Of a stretch of 64,000 bases of DNA, positions 1-9,105 are shown piece by piece. Position numbers and translations under genes: made by a program. Origin of the DNA: a virus. Its lineage: Duplodnaviria > Caudoviricetes. The notes beneath the pieces are model-generated. The model made no database searches. It worked only from the letters and a program-made list of their open reading frames with translations, and was not told the origin of the DNA. Where the stretch lies: IMG/VR virus record IMGVR_UViG_3300029882_000009, positions 33,746 to 97,745 of that record; one strand, 5' to 3'. Every line of letters begins with the position of its first letter. Position 1 is the stretch's first letter.

Positions 1-1
1 C

Positions 2-130
2 GCCAATACTTCCCTGTGGGAAACTTTTTGTCAACTTCAGAACGGTCCACTCACAGATTTCAAATTGAATGACTATGAAGACCTGTGTGAAGCTGCTGGA
101 CTTACTGACTATGTGAAGACAAATATATGA
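2..130 (+). CDS. 3' end of an unknown gene (truncated by window)
   Basis: Open frame ANTSLWETFCQ...KTNI* whose stop overlaps the next ATG (ATGA). Confidence 0.5.
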   Translation, partial: ANTSLWETFCQLQNGPLTDFKLNDYEDLCEAAGLTDYVKTNI

Positions 131-450
131 ATAAATTACTAGCTTGTTCTGTTCGTATCACATACCCAATGCAATTTACAACTTATGGTCCAAATGCTCC
201 GTGTGATGTTTGGGGGATTAAGAGTGTAACAGAGCGGATAATATCTGTGATAATTGTTGCAATGTCAGGGGCAGATATTAAACATCAAGCCTTTAAAGAA
301 GCTCAAAGAGTAGAAGTTAATGGATGTTCGAGTGGTACGTTAGAATTGGTTTCTGTAACCGACTATTCTTCTTACAAGAACAATAAACATCTATTAGATT
401 TTGATTTCCCCAATATTGACAAGGAAAATAAAGAATATGCTAATACTTGA
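127..450 (+). CDS. Hypothetical protein
   Basis: 107-aa ORF overlapping both neighbours. Confidence 0.6.
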   Translation: MNKLLACSVRITYPMQFTTYGPNAPCDVWGIKSVTERIISVIIVAMSGADIKHQAFKEAQRVEVNGCSSGTLELVSVTDYSSYKNNKHLLDFDFPNIDKENKEYANT

Positions 451-1357
451 AGGTACGGACAATACAGGTAAAACTACGGTCGCGAAAGCGTTATCTAAGC
501 TCTTACCAGGCTGGAGTTATCGACATCATTCAAAACCACCTATTGACGTCTACACCTATTTCTCTACGTTTCTTGCCGACAGTCATTCAAGAGTAATCGT
601 AGATCGTTTTCATTGGTCAAACTATGCTTACTCTCAGACATACCATGATCAGCCATTAATGAACAAACATCAATGGCGCTGTCTTGAACTTATGTTGATG
701 GCCCAAAATACTCATACTCTCTATATGTACGATGATCCTGAGAACGTTATTGGACGCTGGGGAAGTGGGGAGATGTATGAGGCGAAGGCGGATAAGATTA
801 GGGAGTTAAGCGAACATTATCTTGAACTCTACAAGGGTATTCCCGATGCGGATATTCGATGTACTTTACCTGCTAGCATGTACAACCTTAGAGATTTAAT
901 GGATGAAAACGGAGATCCAACTGAGAAATTAAAGGTTATAGCTATTAACTCCATAACTTCATCGACTGCTGCTTCAAAGTTATTGCCTCCGAGTCTTGGT
1001 ATGGGCGCGGTTGGTGGTTTCATGGTCATTGGTGATACTCCATTATGGCCAGCGGATGATGATAAACGTCCCCAAGTTCCGTGGAATTATGATGGTTGGT
1101 TATGGCAAGCTATAGATGAATATAAAGTCAAATGGTGGAATGGGTATTACACCTATGCCTCAGCGTTTGATAGTAATTATCAGATGGGACATTACATTCA
1201 CAAGGTTATTAAACCAAAAAAGATACTTTACGTAGGTAACGTACCATCCACTGTTTCTTATGTTTCAACATTACACATGCCAATACCTTTCAGCAGCACT
1301 AGATGGGTACCGGACAAATGGAAACTGGAAGTCGGAGAGTTTTTAAATGGGAATTAG
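437..1357 (+). CDS. dNMP/thymidylate kinase-like P-loop protein with C-terminal UDG-like domain
   Basis: ILEGTDNTGKTT Walker A and VIVDRF motif; C-terminal MVIGDTP...IKPKKILYVG...LHMP resembles the UDG fold; AAGGA upstream of ATG 437. Confidence 0.7.
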   Translation: MLILEGTDNTGKTTVAKALSKLLPGWSYRHHSKPPIDVYTYFSTFLADSHSRVIVDRFHWSNYAYSQTYHDQPLMNKHQWRCLELMLMAQNTHTLYMYDDPENVIGRWGSGEMYEAKADKIRELSEHYLELYKGIPDADIRCTLPASMYNLRDLMDENGDPTEKLKVIAINSITSSTAASKLLPPSLGMGAVGGFMVIGDTPLWPADDDKRPQVPWNYDGWLWQAIDEYKVKWWNGYYTYASAFDSNYQMGHYIHKVIKPKKILYVGNVPSTVSYVSTLHMPIPFSSTRWVPDKWKLEVGEFLNGN

Positions 1358-2717
1358 ATCTGTAGAGTATGACTTCGAAAATTACGCTATCAAAGAAGTT
1401 GTCTCAGATATGGAAGTATCACTGGATATTACGGCCAATTCTTACTACAGTGATAGATTGCGTGGTATGGTATACGATCTGTCAACAAAACTCGCTTCTA
1501 ACAATGTCTTTGAAGAAGTAGTTCATGATCCTGTAGTAAAGAAATATACCAGCCACACAATATCAATACCGTTGACATGGTGGGATCATTTGAAAGACAC
1601 CTATAATGAGTATTGGCGCATGAATATTTTTAAAGTTAGTAAGCGTGAAATAATGGTAGAGAGAGTAATAAACAACTATCACAAACACGTCTATAGAGTT
1701 GTTCATGTTTGTCCTCATTTACCGCTGCGAAAAGATGATTTACATAACTGTATTAATTTCATACAGAAGGATCAATATATGAGTACTATTGTTATATATC
1801 ACAAGGCTGATTTCGATGGTTTGTTTTGCAGGGAAATTGCACATAAGGCACTCGGCGATAAAGACGTTGAGTACATCGGATGGGATTATGGTGACATAGA
1901 GCCTGTGTGTGACAAAGACGACACCATTTATATACTTGACATTAATGTTCCTTCATTGATGGATCATAAAGGTGTAATATGGATAGATCATCACAAGACT
2001 GCCATAGACCGATACGGAAAATTGCCCGGACTGCAAATTGATGGAGTGGCTGCTTGTCGTCTTTGTTGGCAATATTTAATTGAGGGTTCCCGAGAAACTT
2101 TAGTTAAGGAAATGTTTATTGATCGGTTACTTCCTGAGCCTATTGCTGTACGTCTCGCTGGGGAATATGATATTTGGGATAAGAGAGACGAGCGAGCAGA
2201 TACTTTTCAGTTCGGTCTTCGTAGTGTTGATCTTAATTCCAAACCACATGGTTTATATTCATATTGGGATAGACTGCTTGATAACGGTAAATATGCAGCT
2301 TGCACTGTTGACGAACTATTACAAAACGGTAAACTGATTCAAGATTACCAAACCAAACAATATGCTAAAACTATCAAATCATGCGGTTTTACTCTGGATT
2401 GGGAAGGTATCACATTCCTTGCTATAAATACATCAAGAGGATATAATTCTCACCTGTTTACCGCAGCGTTAACAGATGATCATGATGCCTGTCTTGGTTT
2501 TGGATGGGATGGCAATAAATGGTCAATTTCCTTATATGGTGCTCCACATCGACCTGATATTGATCTTTCACAAATCGCTATCAAGTATGGTGGGGGCGGA
2601 CACAAACAGGCTTGTGGTTTTCAATCACGTAATTTACCTTTTGTCTTAATGACCGAACAAGAACGAAAAGTTCAAAAGGAAGTTAACGGTTATGGATGTA
2701 GTGATGGTGGTGGGTAA
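1347..2717 (+). CDS. DHH-family phosphoesterase with N-terminal extension
   Basis: YHKADFDG, YILD, WIDHH and GGGGHKQACGF motifs; probable internal start at 1779. Confidence 0.85.
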   Translation: MGIRSVEYDFENYAIKEVVSDMEVSLDITANSYYSDRLRGMVYDLSTKLASNNVFEEVVHDPVVKKYTSHTISIPLTWWDHLKDTYNEYWRMNIFKVSKREIMVERVINNYHKHVYRVVHVCPHLPLRKDDLHNCINFIQKDQYMSTIVIYHKADFDGLFCREIAHKALGDKDVEYIGWDYGDIEPVCDKDDTIYILDINVPSLMDHKGVIWIDHHKTAIDRYGKLPGLQIDGVAACRLCWQYLIEGSRETLVKEMFIDRLLPEPIAVRLAGEYDIWDKRDERADTFQFGLRSVDLNSKPHGLYSYWDRLLDNGKYAACTVDELLQNGKLIQDYQTKQYAKTIKSCGFTLDWEGITFLAINTSRGYNSHLFTAALTDDHDACLGFGWDGNKWSISLYGAPHRPDIDLSQIAIKYGGGGHKQACGFQSRNLPFVLMTEQERKVQKEVNGYGCSDGGG

Positions 2718-3187
2718 TGAACAGAATCAGTCTTGACACTCGCTATATGTTGATTGCTCATACCGTAGCTCTTGGTTCTACCTGTTTACGTCGTAAAGTA
2801 GGAGCAGTATTACTTCGCGAAGGTCGTATCATTTCCACAGGTTATAATGGAACACCTTCAGGAAGCCCTCACTGTTCGTCTGACACGTGCGGACCAGGTA
2901 AATCCTGCACAGACACCATTCATGCTGAAATCAACGCTATAACAAGAGCTAGAGAGCAAGGGGATACACTCTATTGTACCGACCAACCTTGTCTACCTTG
3001 TATTAAAGCCATTGTTTCTCATAATTCCAATATTCGTATCTTATATTGGCGTTCCTATGAAGACAAAGTAAGAGATGAATGGTGTCAAAAGATGGGCGTT
3101 GAAATCTATGAAATTGGCTGGGATGACATGATAGATAAATATTCAGCATTAATAGGATTAGGAGAAGATAAATGTGTGACTGTATAA
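2717..3187 (+). CDS. dCMP deaminase
   Basis: STC.RRKVGAV, GYNG, HAEINA and PCLPC zinc motifs. Confidence 0.92.
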   Translation: MNRISLDTRYMLIAHTVALGSTCLRRKVGAVLLREGRIISTGYNGTPSGSPHCSSDTCGPGKSCTDTIHAEINAITRAREQGDTLYCTDQPCLPCIKAIVSHNSNIRILYWRSYEDKVRDEWCQKMGVEIYEIGWDDMIDKYSALIGLGEDKCVTV

Positions 3188-3402
3188 CGATGGTGAATGA
3201 AGCGTTAAAACCTACAGGTTTTTCTTTGTGTTGGTCTACTGCCATACCTTCAGAGGGAGGGCAAGCATGGACATTTATTCCTATAAAAACATGGAAACAA
3301 GGTAAAGGATTAAAACTTATTGATGGTCCAGTAATTCAACCTAAATTTTGTTCGTTTTGTGGTAATCCGGTAGGATTGTGTGGGGACGGGGTTGTTGTTT
3401 AG
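3172..3402 (+). CDS. Small Cys-rich hypothetical protein
   Basis: MCDC...FCSFCG. Confidence 0.6.
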   Translation: MCDCITMVNEALKPTGFSLCWSTAIPSEGGQAWTFIPIKTWKQGKGLKLIDGPVIQPKFCSFCGNPVGLCGDGVVV

Positions 3403-3559
3403 AGAAATAATTTATGTCTATCTCTTTTGTGGCTTGACACTTATGGGACTACCATATTGGCTCACTCACATATTTAGTCCTATTAGATTTTTGCTTCTCA
3501 CACTAACATGGCCTTATTGGGTATGGGCATCTATACAGACAGGGAATGATATAGAGTGA
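3392..3559 (+). CDS. Small membrane protein (not in ORF track)
   Basis: TTG-start frame ..IIYVYLFCGLTLMGLPYWLTHIFSPIRFLLLTLTWPYWVWAS.. fills the gap; stop overlaps next start. Confidence 0.45.
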   Translation: MLFREIIYVYLFCGLTLMGLPYWLTHIFSPIRFLLLTLTWPYWVWASIQTGNDIE

Positions 3560-3834
3560 GCACATTGATTGAAAAAGCTGAACTAGCTCGCATTCATTGG
3601 GAATCTATCCCTAAAGGTACGATAGAAAAATACAATGCATGGGATGTGTGGTCCGATGCCTGTAAGCGAAGAGATAGTTGGATAAGTAGATTAACCAACG
3701 CTCGTCTTAAAGTGTGTGAAGCCGCAATATTCTTTAAAGCTAATGTATCATGTCCCCCAGACTTTGAAAATCCTGAAAAGTATCTGATAAAGTTTGTATA
3801 TACACTTGAACTTATTGAAAGTGAAAACACATGA
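3556..3834 (+). CDS. Hypothetical protein
   Basis: ORF coupled to the next gene (ATGA). Confidence 0.6.
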   Translation: MSTLIEKAELARIHWESIPKGTIEKYNAWDVWSDACKRRDSWISRLTNARLKVCEAAIFFKANVSCPPDFENPEKYLIKFVYTLELIESENT

Positions 3835-4250
3835 ATGAACGTGAACTTTACCAACCCCTTATAAAAGGTGCTAACGCTGAGGGATGGTTGTTGTGGAGAG
3901 TCAAAGACGGCACTTATGGGAAAAATCCTTTTGATATAAGTGGTGTTGCCCCTGACGGTCGAGCGGTAGGTTTTGAGGTTAAAAAATTAATAAGGATAAG
4001 AGAAGACCAACCTATTGGTTGGTCTGTCTTTGAGTCCCATCAACTTGCCTATCTAAAAGCTTATCAGAAACATGGTGGTCATGCAATCATGGGGTTTTAC
4101 GGAACGTCAGACAATCGTCTTATTCTGGTTCGATATGACGAATTGCGTAACCCTAAAGCTTTACTGGAAACTTATCAGATGGTTGAATTGAAGAAGGATA
4201 AAGAAATTTGGACTGGCTGGTCTAAATATGAAATGTTGGGGAGGCCATAA
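3831..4250 (+). CDS. PD-(D/E)xK nuclease, RecU/Holliday junction resolvase-like
   Basis: PFDISG...GFEVK...HQLAYL motif. Confidence 0.75.
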   Translation: MNERELYQPLIKGANAEGWLLWRVKDGTYGKNPFDISGVAPDGRAVGFEVKKLIRIREDQPIGWSVFESHQLAYLKAYQKHGGHAIMGFYGTSDNRLILVRYDELRNPKALLETYQMVELKKDKEIWTGWSKYEMLGRP

Positions 4251-4274
4251 CTTCATCCATTTGTCTTAGTTCCT

Positions 4275-5009
4275 CTACTGGCAAGTCCCTGCAGCGAGAC
4301 TGTAGACCTGATTAACAACATATGAACCCCTCGTCTTCGGCAGCCACTCACACAGTTCCGCAATCTCATACATGCCGGAGCCTAGATTCTGCCCCTGAGC
4401 ATCCTCATGCCAGCAATTATCGAGCGGATCTGTCAGCGTGTCGTCAATCTCAAGACTCAACAATTCCGTCATATATGAGAAATCAGTATAATAATTGACT
4501 GCGATCACGAGCCCCTTGCGGAAGGTTAGCCATGTATGTAGACTACCTGCTGCATACCCGTTGCAAGTAAAAGTAGTTCCAGGTGCGACAAATATGACGT
4601 AGATATCGTTGCCGCCGCCCTGCCTGCCGAAGATCTTGGACAGGATAGAGTTAAGCAGGCCAGTTGGCCCATACGTATTTTGTACAACCGTAGACGCTGG
4701 CCCTACATCCATCGTTGAAGCGGTGGCTACGTTGATCGATGATGAGTATGCGCCGAGTGCACCTGAATCGTACTGCAGAATTACCGGGTCCGGGCTGGAC
4801 GCGATATACTTAACAAACTGAGTAAGTGCGGACTGTGTTGCCGATGGGTAGGCTCCCATGAAAATCAAATGGTATTGCGGGTTACTGATCGTGACGCCGC
4901 CGTAGTTCTGGAACCCGGACGGGCTGATTGGGCCGACGATTGTCTGTGCAAACGACGGGCCGGAGAGCAGGAGTGATAGACACATAAGTGCCCAAAGTCT
5001 AGTTTTCAT
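4275..5009 (-). CDS. Secreted PHI-1/EXORDIUM-like protein
   Basis: Signal peptide (..PSFA|Q); YGG.TI..P..HLIF, TDP...W..D, EIAELC.W and terminal YVVNQVYS...C pattern. Confidence 0.6.
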   Translation of the reverse strand: MKTRLWALMCLSLLLSGPSFAQTIVGPISPSGFQNYGGVTISNPQYHLIFMGAYPSATQSALTQFVKYIASSPDPVILQYDSGALGAYSSSINVATASTMDVGPASTVVQNTYGPTGLLNSILSKIFGRQGGGNDIYVIFVAPGTTFTCNGYAAGSLHTWLTFRKGLVIAVNYYTDFSYMTELLSLEIDDTLTDPLDNCWHEDAQGQNLGSGMYEIAELCEWLPKTRGSYVVNQVYSLAAGTCQ

Positions 5010-5090
5010 TCTATTTTCCCCTTTTTAGCGAGTTAGTGCGCAGAAATTGCATGAGTTGAGTGATAGCAAATCATCGTGCATGGGGTGCCT

Positions 5091-5471
5091 CTATTCGAAC
5101 TCTGCGGCGACCTGGAGTGAGTTGGCGTTAATTACAGCGGACTCGATTGCAAGCCCAGCTATCTCGACTGTTACACCATTGCTGTTGCGGTGAACCGTAA
5201 CCAGCGGAGGTAGCTTGGACACATGTTCCATAATTTGATTCAACACAAAGCCTTTGACAAGGAAGGTGATCGGTAAACCTCCGGCGTCCACTTCCGCTAT
5301 CTGCGCTTCGATCCAGTTACCTGATATGTTCAGGTGAAACAACACTTTGCAATTGATCTCGTCAACCTTAGTGGTTACTTGCAGATCGTTACCTACAAAA
5401 CTAAAGACGAACGGGAGCGACAAGGCAAAGGTTACCCAATCAAAGTCGGCGGTTGTTAGATTGGCAGTCAT
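5091..5471 (-). CDS. Hypothetical protein
   Basis: ORF coupled to the upstream gene. Confidence 0.6.
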   Translation of the reverse strand: MTANLTTADFDWVTFALSLPFVFSFVGNDLQVTTKVDEINCKVLFHLNISGNWIEAQIAEVDAGGLPITFLVKGFVLNQIMEHVSKLPPLVTVHRNSNGVTVEIAGLAIESAVINANSLQVAAEFE

Positions 5472-5692
5472 TTTGTTGGAGTTGCTGGCACATCGGGGGA
5501 AATAACGATGTCTATATCGAGTGCCTCAGTGACCCCGTTGACCGTCACCGGCTGCTTGAGATCCAGTGTGCCAGTCATGCCAGCCGTGGCTTTTTCCAGT
5601 ACCGACATGTCCGCACCTTCGAGCTGACCGAAATAGGCTAACGACTTAGTAATTTCTGATGATTTTAATCCAATGTTCATTTTTATCTCCAT
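5468..5692 (-). CDS. Hypothetical protein
   Basis: ORF track; stop overlaps next start. Confidence 0.55.
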   Translation of the reverse strand: MEIKMNIGLKSSEITKSLAYFGQLEGADMSVLEKATAGMTGTLDLKQPVTVNGVTEALDIDIVISPDVPATPTK

Positions 5693-5708
5693 ACAAACCG
5701 GGATAGAC

Positions 5709-5957
5709 CTAAGCGTCTTCGTTGGGTTCGCCTACGGTCACGATTTCCTCAACGATGTTGTTGATATCTTTTTCAAGCCAGCCTTCGGGCTTAGGCTTGC
5801 TAGGCTTTGGCTTATTGTCTGCCTGTGCCTGTGCGGAGTCCGGGAATTGCGCGTCCTCGAAACTGTCGAGGGTTGGTGGGTCATTTGGATCTACTTGTAT
5901 TTCAGTCCTCCGGTTGTGGGATCTGTGATAAAAACAAAGGGATCTGTTGCCGCCCAA
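5709..5957 (-). CDS. Acidic/Pro-rich hypothetical protein (start uncertain)
   Basis: Fills the gap in the operon; no clear ATG. Confidence 0.35.
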   Translation of the reverse strand: MGGNRSLCFYHRSHNRRTEIQVDPNDPPTLDSFEDAQFPDSAQAQADNKPKPSKPKPEGWLEKDINNIVEEIVTVGEPNEDA

Positions 5958-6132
5958 TTCCTGTCCCTATGCCGAGCATTCTTTCCAAGGCATCAAGACG
6001 TTGCTTGACTTCTGCCACATCTTGACCTAATGCTGTAATCTCTGGCTCCATCTCATCAACGGTCTCTTTTACTGCATCGGTTGCTGCAGCATCGGCATCG
6101 ATTCCCTGTTGATTGTTTGGTGTTGCGTCCAT
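5902..6132 (-). CDS. Small coiled-coil protein
   Basis: GGAG RBS; heptad pattern ITALGQDVAEVKQRLDALE. Confidence 0.65.
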   Translation of the reverse strand: MDATPNNQQGIDADAAATDAVKETVDEMEPEITALGQDVAEVKQRLDALERMLGIGTGIGRQQIPLFLSQIPQPED

Positions 6133-6141
6133 TGGTTTCTC

Positions 6142-6237
6142 CTAAAGGTTCATGTTTTTGAGCTTGATTGCAAGATACACGAATGCACCGACAGCAACAA
6201 CTGCGCCGCCGAGTATGGCGGAAAGCCATGGGTTCAT
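6142..6237 (-). CDS. 31-aa single-TM peptide downstream of endolysin (not in ORF track)
   Basis: GAGG RBS; MNPWLSAILGGAVVAVGAFVYLAIKLKNMNL*. Confidence 0.6.
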   Translation of the reverse strand: MNPWLSAILGGAVVAVGAFVYLAIKLKNMNL

Positions 6238-6248
6238 AATATTTCCTC

Positions 6249-6791
6249 CTATCCCTGAATGTCGGTGGCAGTCTTCAGGGCGTCAAGGCGATTAATCCAG
6301 CCTCGTAAAAATTGTTCATCGTGCGGGTAATGTGTGGCCAGGTACTCGTAGAACTGGACGCGCGCATTGATGTCAGCGAGCGCTAGGTTCGCCGGGTGTT
6401 GCGTGTTGTGAATAGCGTCACTTAAAGCTTGTGACCATTCCTCGCTCGTTGCAGATGTGTTGAAAATCTGGTTAAGTGTCAGGATTGCACGCCCAATGCC
6501 TTCGTTTACGCTACAGTCGAAGGTCACGATATCGAGCGGGACCGGCAGTCCTTCGCAGTGACACGGGGACCAATACCGCGTACTGTAGATGTCCTCTACT
6601 TCTGTCTGTGTAATGAGCCGCACGTCCTGCGTTGGTTCACCCTTAGATTTCCGGTAGGCGTCATAGTCTATGTGGGTTATCCCGAAGTTGGTTGCGCCTC
6701 CGTTGTCGCCAGGATCATCTGTATAGCCGCCCTCAGCTTGCAGGACGAATGCGAGAGATATTTGGAAACGGGTTTTTGTCGTTGTGGTCAT
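6249..6791 (-). CDS. Endolysin, glycoside hydrolase family 108 with peptidoglycan-binding domain
   Basis: EGGY.DDPGDNGGATNFGIT and FLRGWINR motifs. Confidence 0.9.
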   Translation of the reverse strand: MTTTTKTRFQISLAFVLQAEGGYTDDPGDNGGATNFGITHIDYDAYRKSKGEPTQDVRLITQTEVEDIYSTRYWSPCHCEGLPVPLDIVTFDCSVNEGIGRAILTLNQIFNTSATSEEWSQALSDAIHNTQHPANLALADINARVQFYEYLATHYPHDEQFLRGWINRLDALKTATDIQG

Positions 6792-7984
6792 TCCTGATGC
6801 TGGCTTTCTATATCACCGATACTTGCACCACTTGCTGGCATGACAATTGCATCTGTCTCAGTATCCGCTTTCCAGAAACGTTGTGGTTGCCATAAAGGAT
6901 ATGGAAGTAAATGAATACCACGTAATCCTATATGGTGAAGACGACAATTATGTACAGCCAATCCACCACCAATATAACTGTTACAACCTGACACCTCTAT
7001 GTGGTATACTAAACCACTATGGAACTTTCTACTAATTTGCCGAGGCGCTGCCCACCGTGCCTTGAGGGCCGGAATATTAGATACGATATCAACATTTGTC
7101 GTATCTGTGAAGGGCAATTCACCGTGCCTCACAAAGTCGCCAGTAAATACACCACTTGTAGTTCCGTCTGTGAATCTTCGCGTAGAAGTATTGACAAACT
7201 GATTTATCCCAAACAAAGAATTTGCCCGATTTGTAACATGTCTTTCATTCGAGGGAAAGGAGGTCATCAATCGTTTTGCTCCAACTATGGAATTAAAACC
7301 GATAACAGAATCGAGAATCTCCAAATCTTCGAAACTAATTCCGACCACCTCAAGCACGAACATAGAATCGGTAAGTTCGACAACCGGCCTCCACGTCCCA
7401 GAAACGAGAAAGGGATGTTCGTTAGTGGCACCATATCCATTGACAATATTGATATACTCACTAACATACCGACTTCCAGTACCAGTGACTAAATGAGGGT
7501 TTAGGTCGTGTCCCACAACTTCATCACCGATACTAATTTCACTTATTGGCTTTTGGTCGCCATCAGCCATCAACACAGGGGTGTCTCCGGTTTGGCAAAG
7601 TACAGTTAGATTCCCTTCACCTTCTATGAACTCCAAAAATTGTTCATCAGATGTAAGACCGAACTCGGGATATAGTTCTTCGAACTTTGAAATATCCACA
7701 CCTTCTTGTAGTGAATATTCAACTAAAGAATGGTGTAATTCAAGATCCCCAGCGCACTCATGATTTCCAACCCAGCACTTCATCTTACCAAGTTTGGTAA
7801 GACGTGCTTTGGCTTGGTTAAAATATTTGTAGTGAGGATCTCCAACACGTGGAGGATGTTCAGGTACAGCTTCACGAATATGAATGGTCGTGCTTTGATA
7901 ATGAGCGGCAGTGACAGTACTGACATTTGTTGCAGTATTGGTCACTGTTTGCTTAACATCGACTGTCTCTGTAACATCTGCCAT
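6788..7984 (-). CDS. HNH-type protein interrupted by an intein
   Basis: Exteins join as CWV...C..DLELHH...NLTVL|CRLHH...GIH. Confidence 0.75.
   Translation of the reverse strand: MADVTETVDVKQTVTNTATNVSTVTAAHYQSTTIHIREAVPEHPPRVGDPHYKYFNQAKARLTKLGKMKCWVGNHECAGDLELHHSLVEYSLQEGVDISKFEELYPEFGLTSDEQFLEFIEGEGNLTVLCQTGDTPVLMADGDQKPISEISIGDEVVGHDLNPHLVTGTGSRYVSEYINIVNGYGATNEHPFLVSGTWRPVVELTDSMFVLEVVGISFEDLEILDSVIGFNSIVGAKRLMTSFPSNERHVTNRANSLFGINQFVNTSTRRFTDGTTSGVFTGDFVRHGELPFTDTTNVDIVSNIPALKARWAAPRQISRKFHSGLVYHIEVSGCNSYIGGGLAVHNCRLHHIGLRGIHLLPYPLWQPQRFWKADTETDAIVMPASGASIGDIESQHQE
6947..7597 (-). mobile_element. Intein (HINT domain, 217 aa)
   Basis: Block A CQTGDTPVLMADG, block B TNEHPF, block F VYHIEV, block G VHN followed by Cys+1. 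Confidence 0.9.
7019..7492 (+). pseudogene. Antisense Zn-finger/HNH homing endonuclease remnant inside the intein
   Basis: CxxC..F...CS repeats; GIKTDNRIENL...H; the first His strand of the HNH motif appears absent. Confidence 0.6.
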
Positions 7985-8380
7985 TTAAGCGACTTTCTTC
8001 AATGCTGCTACTGCCGCAGCGTAAGCTGTTGCAATTGCGCCTGGTACGAGACCGACCGCATACGCAGACAGGCCACTAACGATTGTTCCAACTACAGGAT
8101 TGATCTTTGATAGACCAGATACAACTATAGCAATAGCGGTATCATTTTTTGGTTGAAGAATTGCAGCAACTGCTGCTTCACTGAGAGTTCCATCAGCGCT
8201 GAGAAGTGTGGTAATTTCTGACTGAAAATAAGTTGTAAGATTTTCGGTAAGTGGAGTTACCAAACCTTCAATTTGGGCGGTCGCTGCGTTTTCATCAGCG
8301 ATACCTTTTAGGTGTGTTTCAAAGTATACATATGGCTTTACAACGAGCCAATGAAGAACGTCTGATTCAATACTGGGCAT
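7985..8380 (-). CDS. Hypothetical protein with hydrophobic C-terminus (holin candidate)
   Basis: AAGGA RBS; first gene after the lysis-cassette promoter. Confidence 0.5.
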   Translation of the reverse strand: MPSIESDVLHWLVVKPYVYFETHLKGIADENAATAQIEGLVTPLTENLTTYFQSEITTLLSADGTLSEAAVAAILQPKNDTAIAIVVSGLSKINPVVGTIVSGLSAYAVGLVPGAIATAYAAAVAALKKVA

Positions 8381-8415
8381 GATATTTATCCTTTTCTTTC
8401 GATAATTACACTTAT

Positions 8416-8444
8416 ATTATACAGGATTTTTGAATAGTTGTCAA
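8416..8444 (-). promoter_or_regulatory. Consensus sigma70 promoter upstream of the lysis cassette
   Basis: TTGACA-17-TATAAT. Confidence 0.8.
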
Positions 8445-8446
8445 TA

Positions 8447-9058
8447 TTATGGTTTTGGGGCTCTGGTGACAATATTGGTTTCGGTTACATTCATGGTGTC
8501 ATCATGTTTTTTGGCGTTATCTTCGAGTACTTTTACTCTCGACATTAATTCCTTACCAACACTTACCTCATGCTCCCACAGATCCTTATAATTTTGAGCT
8601 TCTGCCTTAGCTGCTCTGATATCAGCCTGGGCCGCACCAAGTTGTTGCATCACATCTCCAAGTCGTCGCTCCGCATCAAGCAATTGAGTATAGAGTGTTT
8701 CTTGAAGCCCATCGACTCGCGCGTTAATTGTAGCTCTTTGGCCATTGAGTTCGGACCATGCATCACTTAATTCTTTACGAGCTTCAAGTTCCCGGTCTAA
8801 AGCCGCTTGCGCTGAAGCGGCTTTGGCAACTGCTATTTCAGTATCACGCGTTGCTTTGATTAACTCAGCTATTCGTTTAGCTTCTGCAATTTCCCCGTCC
8901 GATTTCGCTTTCGCGTCTGCCGTTGCCGCATCTGATTTTGATTTCGCTGCTGATATCTCTTCCTTGCGCTTACTTAAAAATGCCGATATCATTGAAGCTA
9001 TTGTGAATAGTCCAAGAATAGTGCCTACAACCGCTTGTGTATTTGTTATGGATATCAT
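8447..9058 (-). CDS. N-terminal TM plus coiled-coil protein (spanin/holin-like candidate)
   Basis: One TM helix followed by a long coiled coil; lies between tail and lysis genes. Confidence 0.55.
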   Translation of the reverse strand: MISITNTQAVVGTILGLFTIASMISAFLSKRKEEISAAKSKSDAATADAKAKSDGEIAEAKRIAELIKATRDTEIAVAKAASAQAALDRELEARKELSDAWSELNGQRATINARVDGLQETLYTQLLDAERRLGDVMQQLGAAQADIRAAKAEAQNYKDLWEHEVSVGKELMSRVKVLEDNAKKHDDTMNVTETNIVTRAPKP

Positions 9059-9105
9059 TTTTTAAGTATACCAGAATGTCTTTTGTCTGTGAACAATTAA
9101 AAAGA

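Noticed and set aside
5709-6132. Programmed frameshift joining the two overlapping ORFs
   Set aside because: GTTTTTA is not a canonical slippery heptamer and the required shift is not -1
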